From: Planctomycetota bacterium
Lineage (GTDB): Bacteria; Planctomycetota; PLA2; JAEUHO01
Assembly: GCA_965223505.1 (NCBI GenBank)
Contig: CBDCWP010000040.1
Location: 47,233-111,232, forward strand
Direction of reading: 5' to 3'
Length of the DNA: 64,000 nucleotides
Positions 26,866 to 35,178 of this stretch are shown one piece after another; positions within the stretch are counted from its first letter, which is position 1; every line of letters begins with the position of its first letter. Below the pieces are notes generated by a model, which saw only the letters and a program-made list of their open reading frames with translations, searched no databases and was not told the DNA's origin. A program made the translations under genes and the position numbers.

Positions 26866-28109
26866 CTCGTCGGAACGTTGATCTCGGACAGAACGGCATC
26901 CGCCGTCGCGCGTCCGCTGACCATGGCGCCCTGGATCGAGCCGTTCTCGCGGTGATCGCCGCAGACGAAGGAGCCTCCGCGGGCCCGCGCGATGGGTTTC
27001 GAACGCAGGGTCTCGCGTTCGGGCAGCGCGTAGGGAACGTGCACCGTTCGAAGATGCCGCCACGCGTCGACCTCGGCGCCGAACCACTCTCGCAGCTGCG
27101 TTCGCACCGCCTGCTCGAGATCGTCGTGCTTCGCGTTCGCGTCCAGCACCGTCGCGGAGACCAGCGCGGCGCCGGCCGGCGCGTACGTGGGCGCGACCGC
27201 GCTCGGCACGCAGAGGTTGTTGACCGGACCGGCGCCGGACCCGTCCAGATAGAGCACGGGCTCTTCGGTCGGCGCGCGGTCCGCGCCGAAGTACAGGCAC
27301 CTGACGCCGTGAAACTTCGCCTGCAGCTCGCCCCCGACGATCTCGTTCGCCGCGCTCTCTTCCGTGGCGATCACGACCGCCTGCGCGCGGATCTCCTCGC
27401 CGGACACGAGCGTCACGCGATCGTTCCGTGCGCTGACGACGCGCTGACGGGTGCGCACCGTGCCCGGCTCCAGGCGCGCCGCGATCTGCTTGGGGATGGC
27501 GCCCATCCCTCCCGCCGGCAGCGCGCCGTCCCCCAGCGCGAACATGCGGTAGACGAACGCGAGCATGCGACTCGATGTCGTCAGGTTCGGCTCGAGGAAG
27601 ATGCCGCCCAACCAGGGCCGGAAGAAGCACTCGATCATCTCCTTCGAGAAACCGAATGCGTGCAGCGCCTCGAGGGTCGTGATCTCGGGCCGCCGGAAGA
27701 GGTCGTCGAGAGATCCGCGGCACACGTCTTTCTTCAGCTTGAGCATGAGGCGCTTGTCGTTGAACGTGCCGATCGGAGCGAACGCCGACCGCAGGCCGTC
27801 CCAGAAGCGCCGCGTCGGGTCGACGAACCGGACGAACCGTTGTCCGTAGCGGATCATCGCACCCGGGTAGAAGGCGTGCAGGTCGAGCGCGTCGTAGTCG
27901 AGCACGCGCTGCGCCTCGGGATACGCCGTCAGCAGCACCTGGAATCCGCGGTCCAGGAGGAACCCGTCGACGACATCCGTGCGTACGCGCCCACCGACGT
28001 CGTCGCCCGCCTCCAAGATGGCGCACGCGACGCCGCGCTCCTGGAGCCGCAGCGCACAGCAAAGTCCGGCGAGCCCGGCGCCGACGATGACGACATCGGT
28101 GTCACGCAT
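26862..28109 (-). CDS. FAD-dependent oxidoreductase (amine-oxidase / phytoene-desaturase-like superfamily)
   Basis: 415 aa with the dinucleotide fold DVVIVGAGLAGLCCALRLQERG...LEAGDDVGGRV. The C-terminal FVCGD is typical of this superfamily. Confidence 0.75.
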   Translation of the reverse strand: MRDTDVVIVGAGLAGLCCALRLQERGVACAILEAGDDVGGRVRTDVVDGFLLDRGFQVLLTAYPEAQRVLDYDALDLHAFYPGAMIRYGQRFVRFVDPTRRFWDGLRSAFAPIGTFNDKRLMLKLKKDVCRGSLDDLFRRPEITTLEALHAFGFSKEMIECFFRPWLGGIFLEPNLTTSSRMLAFVYRMFALGDGALPAGGMGAIPKQIAARLEPGTVRTRQRVVSARNDRVTLVSGEEIRAQAVVIATEESAANEIVGGELQAKFHGVRCLYFGADRAPTEEPVLYLDGSGAGPVNNLCVPSAVAPTYAPAGAALVSATVLDANAKHDDLEQAVRTQLREWFGAEVDAWRHLRTVHVPYALPERETLRSKPIARARGGSFVCGDHRENGSIQGAMVSGRATADAVLSEINVPTS

Positions 28110-28121
28110 TGCCTTCTCTCC

Positions 28122-29123
28122 TCAGACGACATTCCTGAGCATCAGGTCCGACGGATACGGATCCAGATACACCTGCTCGCGCGCCCACTCGTGCTCGCAC
28201 TTCGTGCGCAGATGGTGGCGCACGAGCGTGAGCGGTACCACGAGCGGTAGTGTCCCGCGCGCGTACTCGGCGAGCGTCGACGCGAGCTCGCGTTTGTCCT
28301 CGGCCGTCGTCCGGTCCTTGAAGAACCCCGCGAAGTGCTGGAGCACGTTCACGTGCCGCCCGCGCGAGGCGTGCTCCTGAAGCGTGGTCATGAGCAGCGT
28401 CTCGTAGCGCGCGACCAGCTCGTCCCAGGGCAGGCTCCCGGCCTCCGCCACGAGGCGTCCCAGCTCGCGCTGAGCGACGGGCGAGTGCGCCATCACGATG
28501 AACTTGTGCTGGGCATGAAAGCGGACGACGCGCGCGGTCTGATCGCGATCCCGAATCGCGTGCCGCCAGCGCGCGTACGTGAAGATGCGCAGGATGAAGT
28601 TCTCCCGCAGGTGCGGGTCGTTCAGGCGCCCCTCCTCTTCCATGGGAAGGTACGGGAACCGCCTCGCGAGCTCGTCCGCCCAGACACCCCGTCCGGTCTT
28701 GGAGGGGCTGCCGTTGTGGTCGTAGACCCGCACGCGGAAGACGCCGCACGTCGGCGAGTCCTTCTTCAGCACGAACCCGTGAAGCGCGGCATCGGCGAGT
28801 CCGGGCAGCCGCTGTCGTGCCCACGAGCGCATCTGCGGCTCCACCGCTTCGCCGCTCTCGCTGTAGACGAGGCGCGCAGGCGGTACGTCCTCACCCGGCT
28901 TGCGCTCGTCGCGCACGAGCCGCAGCGGCGGCCGTGGAATGCCCATGCCCATCTCCACCTCGGGACAGACCGAGATGAAGTCGACGTGCTCCGCCAGTGC
29001 GTCGGTGAGGAAACGCGAACGGCAGTGACCACCGTTCACACGCACGTTCTCGCCGAGCAGGCAGGTGCTGACGCCGACGCGGACGATCGGCCCTTTCGCG
29101 GAGTCGGACAACGTCGCGTTCAT
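28122..29123 (-). CDS. DUF523-DUF1722 fusion protein (YbgA-like)
   Basis: Start chosen at ATG 29123 (MNATLSDSAKGPIVRVGVSTCLLGENVRVNGGH), giving 333 aa. The second half (HLRENFILRIFTYARW...FHAQHKFIVMAHSP...VNVLQHFAGFFK) matches the DUF1722 pattern. Confidence 0.75.
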   Translation of the reverse strand: MNATLSDSAKGPIVRVGVSTCLLGENVRVNGGHCRSRFLTDALAEHVDFISVCPEVEMGMGIPRPPLRLVRDERKPGEDVPPARLVYSESGEAVEPQMRSWARQRLPGLADAALHGFVLKKDSPTCGVFRVRVYDHNGSPSKTGRGVWADELARRFPYLPMEEEGRLNDPHLRENFILRIFTYARWRHAIRDRDQTARVVRFHAQHKFIVMAHSPVAQRELGRLVAEAGSLPWDELVARYETLLMTTLQEHASRGRHVNVLQHFAGFFKDRTTAEDKRELASTLAEYARGTLPLVVPLTLVRHHLRTKCEHEWAREQVYLDPYPSDLMLRNVV

Positions 29124-29269
29124 CAAGCCGCCGCCGCAGCAGCAACCACGCGCGCGGGCACCGGACGTCCCCGCACCGCCCGCAAGGCCGACTCGACGTC
29201 CGCGCTCTCCAGGCGCTTCGTCGCCTTCGAGCCCAGAAATCCGCCTGCACCGCTGATCAGAATCCGCAT
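29123..29269 (-). other. 48-codon upstream ORF resembling only the first Rossmann strand-loop of an extended SDR (possible gene remnant or leader ORF)
   Basis: ATG 29269 is preceded by GAGAGG. It translates to MRILISGAGGFLGSKATKRLESADVESALRAVRGRPVPARVVAAAAAA and stops at a TGATGA that overlaps the ybgA-like ATG. It is below the ORF-track length cutoff. Confidence 0.3.
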
Positions 29270-29302
29270 CGGACACCTCTCGTTGATTTGTATTAATAAA
29301 AA

Positions 29303-29330
29303 ACTATACGATTTGCAAGATCTGTGTCAA
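29303..29330 (-). promoter_or_regulatory. Near-consensus sigma70 promoter for the minus-strand (SDR-fragment / YbgA-like / FAD oxidoreductase) operon
   Basis: On the minus strand, TTGACA (29330-29325), a 16-nt spacer, then TATAGT (29308-29303). It sits inside a strikingly AT-rich 120-bp divergent intergenic region shared with carH paralogue 2. Confidence 0.55.
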
Positions 29331-29389
29331 ACTTCGTACACATAAAAACCCGGACAAGCAGAGCGGTAGCCTCTAGACTGCGAGGAGCC

Positions 29390-30301
29390 ATGAAGAAGAC
29401 GTCAGCCCCGAATGGATCGGCCAACAGCCTCCTCTCGATCGGCGACGTGGCCGCGGCAACCGCCATCTCGACGGAGACGCTCCGCATCTGGGAGCGGCGC
29501 TACGGCCGTCCCGTCCCCGTGCGACTGCCGAGCGGCCACCGCCGCTACACCCCGGCACACGTTCGCTGGCTGCGCCGCGTGGCCGAGGCGATTGCACTGG
29601 GCCATCGCCCCCACAAGGTCGTGCCGCTCAGCGAACGCGAGCTCGACGAGGTTCTCGGAACGCCGACAGCCGAGCGCGACAGTCCCGAGGCCCTGCGCTG
29701 GGTGCGCATGGTGAAGGAGTTCAAGGGCGAGCAGTTGGTCGCCGAGATGATGTCCGCGTGGAAGACCAACGACGTCGTCCCGTTCCTCGACCTCTACATC
29801 GCGCCGTTCGTCAGCGCCGTCGGACGGGCGTGGGCGGACGGGAAGTTGGAGGTCCGCCATGAGCACTTCGCCTCCGAGTTGGTGCAGAACGTCATTCGCA
29901 ACCTGCGCTCGGACCTCGACCTCCCCACCAACCGACCCGTCGTCCTCCTGACGACGCTGCCGGGCGAGTCCCACGGCATCGGACTGCAGATGGCGGCGCT
30001 CGTGTGTTCGGCAAACCGCGTCCCGGTCGGTGTCCTCGGCGTCGATACGCCGCTCTTGGAGATCGTACGCGCCGTGAACGAGCTCGGCTCGCGCGTCGTC
30101 GGACTCAGTGTGTCGCTGGCAACCGGCGGCGTCGAGACCGACCGGGTGATTGCCGAGCTTCGTCAGGCGCTTCCCGCGGACGTGCGATTGGTCGTGGGCG
30201 GCGACGGCGCCCGCGGGATTCGCCGTGGACCCCGCGGTATCGAGTACGTCGAAAGCTTGGCCGGTTGGGACGAGATCGCGCGCTCGTTGCGCGCGATCTA
30301 G
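29390..30301 (+). CDS. carH: CarH/LitR-type MerR-family regulator with B12-binding photoreceptor module (paralogue 2)
   Basis: Start at ATG 29390 with GAGGAG upstream. The HTH is LSIGDVAAATAISTETLRIWERRYG, Wx9EH is WADGKLEVRHEH, and ExHxxG is GESHGIG. By eye it shares roughly 60 percent of residues with paralogue 1. Confidence 0.8.
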   Translation: MKKTSAPNGSANSLLSIGDVAAATAISTETLRIWERRYGRPVPVRLPSGHRRYTPAHVRWLRRVAEAIALGHRPHKVVPLSERELDEVLGTPTAERDSPEALRWVRMVKEFKGEQLVAEMMSAWKTNDVVPFLDLYIAPFVSAVGRAWADGKLEVRHEHFASELVQNVIRNLRSDLDLPTNRPVVLLTTLPGESHGIGLQMAALVCSANRVPVGVLGVDTPLLEIVRAVNELGSRVVGLSVSLATGGVETDRVIAELRQALPADVRLVVGGDGARGIRRGPRGIEYVESLAGWDEIARSLRAI

Positions 30302-31653
30302 CGCGCAAACGCCGACTCGAGCTCGTCGACGAGCTTCGCGTCGAGCGTGCCCGGTGAACCGCCGTAGCGTGCGGCGACCAGGCTCTCCATCGCGCCCGCC
30401 GCGCGATGCGCGACGTCGTGTCCGACGCCCTCGTGCTCGAGCCGCTCGGTCAGGCCGGGTGCGACGACGGCGGCCGGCTCGCAGTGCAGATGCGCGGCCA
30501 GGAACGCCGCGAACGCATTACCGAGCTGCTCCGTCGGCGCTTCGAGCTGCGCGCGTAGCTCGGCGCGTGCGTCTCGAACGCGACTCGGATCGTCGTCGTC
30601 CGTCTCGGGCGGGGTGGAGCGCCGGCGCGCGTAGAGCGTCGCGAGGAGAACGAAGAACAGCGCCAACGCCCACACCCAGACCGGCGCGCCCTCCGGTTCG
30701 GGGGGCGCGGCCTCCTCCGGCCGGTCGAAGCGGGGCGTCTTTCGAACGGTGACAGGGATCGGTTCCGTGTGGACGACTTGGTATCGGCCCGCGTCGGGAT
30801 CGAAGAAGGCGAAGGCGACGGGCGGCACGGCGAACACCTCGACACCCGTCGGTGCGATGTCGTAGGTGATGCGGCGCCCGTTCTCCGTCGTCTCGTCGAT
30901 GGCGCCGAGCTCGTGGAACCCCTCGATGCCCAGGCGCGGCCGGCCGAACGAGGCCTGGTTTCCGTCCCCCTCGATGGTGAGCGTCAGCCGGATCACGTCT
31001 CCGGGTGAGACGACGGTGCGATCGACCGTCGCCCGCACCGTGAAGCGCCCGACCGCGCCCTCGAAGTGCTCGGGCCGGCCCTGGTCGGGCAGTTGCCTGA
31101 CGGAAACCGTCAGCGCGTCGCCAGTGACCACGACGTCGCGCCGGTCCAATGCCGTACGACCGCTGATGAAGTCGTCGCGAAACGTCGTCCCGTACGCGAA
31201 GCGAAGCGACGGCGCGGAAACGTCGATCTCACCGGGGCGCGCCGCCTCGAACGTCCGCGCATGCTCGAGGACCGTGAAGACACGTCCCTGCCGCTCGACG
31301 TCGTCGAGGCGTCGCAACCGCGTCACGCGTTCTTCCAGAGCGAGGCGCAGCCCCTCCTCGTCCTCGACCGGCGTGGACGGAAGCGCGGTCGTGCCCTCGA
31401 GCGACGCGAGCCACGACGCGTGCGCCTGCAACGGGACGTCCATCGTCTGGCGAAACAACGGGATCGCGTTCGTCTCGAAGAACGCGGCTTCGAAGCCGAC
31501 GCGCAACCGCAGCGTGATGATCTCTCCGACGTACCACGCGTCCTTGTCGGCAACGACCTCGACGAACACCCGCTGCTCGGGCGCCGGTTCGTCCGCTCGC
31601 GCCGTCGCCGGCCAGGTCGACAGGAAGACGAGAAGCACGAGGGCGCGAATCAC
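30298..31653 (-). CDS. batD: BatD-like (oxygen-tolerance) protein
   Basis: Start at GTG 31653 (VIRALVLLVFLSTWPATARA signal peptide), overlapping the upstream stop as GTGA. The product is 451 aa with a C-terminal TM helix (VWVWALALFFVLLATLYA). It is the last gene of the Bat operon. Confidence 0.65.
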   Translation of the reverse strand: MIRALVLLVFLSTWPATARADEPAPEQRVFVEVVADKDAWYVGEIITLRLRVGFEAAFFETNAIPLFRQTMDVPLQAHASWLASLEGTTALPSTPVEDEEGLRLALEERVTRLRRLDDVERQGRVFTVLEHARTFEAARPGEIDVSAPSLRFAYGTTFRDDFISGRTALDRRDVVVTGDALTVSVRQLPDQGRPEHFEGAVGRFTVRATVDRTVVSPGDVIRLTLTIEGDGNQASFGRPRLGIEGFHELGAIDETTENGRRITYDIAPTGVEVFAVPPVAFAFFDPDAGRYQVVHTEPIPVTVRKTPRFDRPEEAAPPEPEGAPVWVWALALFFVLLATLYARRRSTPPETDDDDPSRVRDARAELRAQLEAPTEQLGNAFAAFLAAHLHCEPAAVVAPGLTERLEHEGVGHDVAHRAAGAMESLVAARYGGSPGTLDAKLVDELESAFAR

Positions 31654-33329
31654 CAGTCCTTCTCCACCTCGGCGCTCCGTGCGCTTCGCTGCGCGCGGCG
31701 AAGCGCCAGCTTCTGCCGCTCCTTCTGCACGAGCAGCTCGAGAAGTCCCAGCACCTTCGCCGCGGGAAGCGCGTCCGAAGCGACGTCCGAGGGCGGCGGC
31801 TCGGGATCGTTGCCGTCGCCGTCGTTCTCCGGCGGCTTCGGCGGATCGGCGTCCGGCGGGTCGTCGGGCGGCGTGTCTCCGGGTTGCGGATCGCCCTTGC
31901 TGCCCTCCGAGCGGCGCTCGCGCAGCATCTCGAGCCGGATCAGCGCGCGCTCGACGTTGCGGCGCGCGGCCGGCCAGTCGGTTCGCGTCGAGGCCGCCGC
32001 TCGCCACGCCGCGAGCGCGTCCTCGGTGTGCGCGATGGGCGCCTGTCGGGCACGCGGATCGGCGTCTTCGCGCATGGCAGCCTCGGCCGCGACGGATCGC
32101 TCGAACGCCACGTTGCCGCGGAGGAAGTCGCGCAGCGCCTCGTAGTCGTGCCCGCCGCGCTCGGCTGCCGTTGCCGCGGAGGCGATGGCGGCGTCGAGCT
32201 CGCCGCGTTGCAGCGCGGCGATCGCGCTGTCGTAGTGCGGCCGGGCCGCGTCGCCGCCGCATCCGGCGACGAGCACGGCGAACAGGACGAGCCAACGCGT
32301 GGCCGCAAACGCCGGCATCGCGCCGCGCCGGCGACGACGCGGCCGTCCGGCCCACGCAAGCTGGAGTACGAACAGGAAGAGCGCCGCGGCGAGTGGCCAC
32401 TGGAACCGGTTCTTCCTCTGCCCGCGCTCGCTCGATGCGTACGCGACGCGCGCCATCGGCAGGATGCGGCGCTCGTACACGTCGACGAGCGCATCCGTTT
32501 CGTCGGCGACGACGAACGCCCCGCCCGTCGTCTCGGCGATCTGCTCGAGCGACGACGCGTTCATGGCGGACACGACGTCCCGGCCCCCGCGGTCGCGCAG
32601 GAACGCCTCGCCGTCTCGCGTCGGCAACGCGATCTTGCTGCCGCGCTCCGACCCGAGTCCGACGCAGTGCACGGCGACGCCGCGCTCGCGACAGCGGTCC
32701 GCCGCGGTGTGACTGCGACCGCTCAAGTCCTCGCCGTCGGTCAACAACAACACGGCGCTTTGTTCGCCGCGGCTTGCCTCGAGCACCAGCAACGCCGTGT
32801 CGAGCGCCGCCGCGACGTCGGTGCCGCCGCGCAAGACGGACGCAGGCTCGGCCTGCTCCGCAAGGCCGGCGAACGACGCCGCGTCTTCCGTCAGCGGCGC
32901 GACCAGCCGCGCTTCACCCGCGAACAACACCAGGCCCAAGCGGTCGCCCGAAACGCGCTTTGCCAACGCGTCGATCTGGGCCTTGGCATGGGCCAACCGA
33001 TGCGGCCGCAGGTCGCGCGCGAGCATCGAGCGCGAGACGTCCAGGCACACGACGACGTCGACGCCGCGCCATGCCGACGCGTCGTCGCGCTCGCCGAACG
33101 AGGGACCGAGCGCCGCCACCAGCAACAACAGGACGGCCAGGACGAACAAGCTGCGTCGAAGAACGCGACGCTCCGCTCGGTCCTGTGAAAGCCAGGCGGC
33201 GCGGTCACCGAGCCAGGCCCTCGACTTTCGCACGCGGGCGCGCGCGCACAGGTGCAGGCCGAGCCACACCAGCGGCGCGAGCATCAGTACGGGCAACCAG
33301 TCCGGCCGTTCGAACAAGGCGGTGATCAC
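31650..33329 (-). CDS. batB: BatB-like VWA protein fused in frame to a BatC-like TPR/lipoprotein-type segment
   Basis: Start at GTG 33329, a GTGA overlap with the batA stop. The N-terminal part has TM helices, a VWA MIDAS motif (VVVCLDVSRSM) and a TM helix. With no intervening stop it continues into MPAFAATRWLVLFAVLVAGCGGD plus a helical TPR-like region and an acidic Pro-rich tail. Total 559 aa. Confidence 0.7.
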   Translation of the reverse strand: MITALFERPDWLPVLMLAPLVWLGLHLCARARVRKSRAWLGDRAAWLSQDRAERRVLRRSLFVLAVLLLLVAALGPSFGERDDASAWRGVDVVVCLDVSRSMLARDLRPHRLAHAKAQIDALAKRVSGDRLGLVLFAGEARLVAPLTEDAASFAGLAEQAEPASVLRGGTDVAAALDTALLVLEASRGEQSAVLLLTDGEDLSGRSHTAADRCRERGVAVHCVGLGSERGSKIALPTRDGEAFLRDRGGRDVVSAMNASSLEQIAETTGGAFVVADETDALVDVYERRILPMARVAYASSERGQRKNRFQWPLAAALFLFVLQLAWAGRPRRRRRGAMPAFAATRWLVLFAVLVAGCGGDAARPHYDSAIAALQRGELDAAIASAATAAERGGHDYEALRDFLRGNVAFERSVAAEAAMREDADPRARQAPIAHTEDALAAWRAAASTRTDWPAARRNVERALIRLEMLRERRSEGSKGDPQPGDTPPDDPPDADPPKPPENDGDGNDPEPPPSDVASDALPAAKVLGLLELLVQKERQKLALRRAQRSARSAEVEKDW

Positions 33330-34333
33330 GACAGCACCTCGAACACGGTCGCCGACAGGAACGCGCCGAGCAGCAGCAGGAACAGTCCCGCCAGCAGGAA
33401 GGGCAGGAACCGCAGCGCAATGCGGTAGCGCGGCTCTTCGACCGGCGCCTGCTCGAGCTGGTTGATGCGGTCGTACACGGCCGCCAGCGCGCCGGCATCC
33501 TGCACCCGGTGAAACGTCCCGCCCGTACGCTGCGCCATCTGCTCGACGGGACGCGTGTCGAGACGGACGCGCTCTCCGCCCGGCCCCCTGCGCGCGACGC
33601 CCGCCACGATCGCGTAGACGCGAATCCCGAGCTGTTCGCAAAGCTGAGCGGCGTGCACGGGCGGAATCTCCGTCTCCATTCCGGTGAGGGCGACGTTCTC
33701 TTCGCCGTCGGTCAGCAGCACGATCACGCGCGAGCGCGCCGCGTCCGCGCCTTGCAGCACTTGGGCGGCCCGGGCGACGGCGGCGCCGATGCCCGTCGCG
33801 TCCTCGGGCCCCTCGCTCGTCACGGTCACGACGTCGTACAGGAAGTCCAGGAGCGCGCCGTGGTCGCGTGTCGGCGGGCAGACCAGGTCCGGGAACCGCG
33901 CGAAGCGGATCAACCCGATGCGATCGTCGGGTCGTCCACGAACGAAGTCGGCGGCGGCCCCGCGCGCGACCTCGAGCCGCGTTCGCTCGCTGTCCAGGTC
34001 GTTCGCGGTCATCGACGACGACGTGTCGAGGCAAAGGAGGATGTCGATGCCTTCCGTCTCGTCGGGCAGCGGCACCTTCTCCGCCGGACGCGCGAGCGCG
34101 ACGACCAGGCAGAGCAGGCCGAGCACCTGGAGGTCGCGCGGCAGCGGAAGGAGCACCGTTCGCCACGTGCGCGGCAACCTGCGCGAGCGCCACAACGCGG
34201 CCGGCGCGAACAACACCGACCCGCGGCCGCCGCGACGACGCCACCACAGCAACACCGGAATGAGCAGCGCCGACCACAGCCACCACGGGTCGAGCAGCGT
34301 GAGGCCGGTCAGACGCTGGAACACCGACGTCAT
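33326..34333 (-). CDS. batA: BatA-like VWA-domain membrane protein
   Basis: 335 aa with N-terminal TM helices, the MIDAS motif DILLCLDTSSSM, and a C-terminal TM helix. It has ATGA/GTGA overlaps with both neighbours. Confidence 0.8.
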   Translation of the reverse strand: MTSVFQRLTGLTLLDPWWLWSALLIPVLLWWRRRGGRGSVLFAPAALWRSRRLPRTWRTVLLPLPRDLQVLGLLCLVVALARPAEKVPLPDETEGIDILLCLDTSSSMTANDLDSERTRLEVARGAAADFVRGRPDDRIGLIRFARFPDLVCPPTRDHGALLDFLYDVVTVTSEGPEDATGIGAAVARAAQVLQGADAARSRVIVLLTDGEENVALTGMETEIPPVHAAQLCEQLGIRVYAIVAGVARRGPGGERVRLDTRPVEQMAQRTGGTFHRVQDAGALAAVYDRINQLEQAPVEEPRYRIALRFLPFLLAGLFLLLLGAFLSATVFEVLS

Positions 34334-35178
34334 CGAACCGCCTCACGCACATAGGCGCGCGCAGCGTCGAGCGCTACGTCGGTCCGAGCGGCCGAGGGCC
34401 TCAGGCCCGCGTACTTGACCTCGTCCGCGCTTCGCAACACGACGGCCAGGTCGTCGGATGCAACGGAACCGATCGCCAGCAGCTCGTCGGTCGTTCGCCG
34501 CCGGGCCGGTATCCCGTGTCGCTCGGTCACGTAGTCGCGAACGACGTCCGCCGCCTCCACGAGGTCCTCGGCGCCCGCCAGCATGCCCAGCGCCTGCTCC
34601 TGCGGTGTCGGCGCCTCGGGCGGGAGCGCAAATCGTGACTTGTGACGCCGGTACGCGTGCAAGAGCCCGGCGCCGGCGCCCGCCAGCGCGGCCAGCCAGA
34701 GCAACCACGTCCACTCGCGCTGCCGCGTCGGCGGATCCCCCGGAAGCTCCGGTTCACCCGGCGCTGCAGGGTCCACCACCGGTTGCACGCGAACCTGGAT
34801 GCGCGGCGCCGTCACGACGCGCGGCATGCCGCCGTCCTTCGGCCGTGCAGCGAAGACCGGCGCGGGAATGTCGACGTCCTCCAGCGTGAACGCGTATGCC
34901 AGGTAGCGGTGCGTCTCTTCGATGCGGGTTTCGTCTTCGCGACGCGAGACGTTTTGGAGCCGCAAGACCAGAGGCGACAACAACGCCTCGTCCCACCCCG
35001 CCGCGTGCATGTCCTTGCGCCACACCCTCACGACCGTGACGGCGAACCCCTGGCCGGGCGCCACCGACTCCGAGCCGACGGTGATCCGCAGGAGAACGTC
35101 CGCGTTCGGGATGGGCGCGGGACCGCCGCAGGTGGCACAGAGCACGAGCACGACCACGAGCAGCGCGACGCGTCTCAT
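34330..35178 (-). CDS. DUF4381-like membrane protein of the MoxR/Bat operon
   Basis: Start at ATG 35178 (MRRVALLVVVLVLCATCGG), an ATGA overlap with the DUF58 stop. The product is 282 aa with a central TM helix (WTWLLWLAALAGAGAGLL) and a helical tail ending in DEVKYAG. Confidence 0.6.
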   Translation of the reverse strand: MRRVALLVVVLVLCATCGGPAPIPNADVLLRITVGSESVAPGQGFAVTVVRVWRKDMHAAGWDEALLSPLVLRLQNVSRREDETRIEETHRYLAYAFTLEDVDIPAPVFAARPKDGGMPRVVTAPRIQVRVQPVVDPAAPGEPELPGDPPTRQREWTWLLWLAALAGAGAGLLHAYRRHKSRFALPPEAPTPQEQALGMLAGAEDLVEAADVVRDYVTERHGIPARRRTTDELLAIGSVASDDLAVVLRSADEVKYAGLRPSAARTDVALDAARAYVREAVR

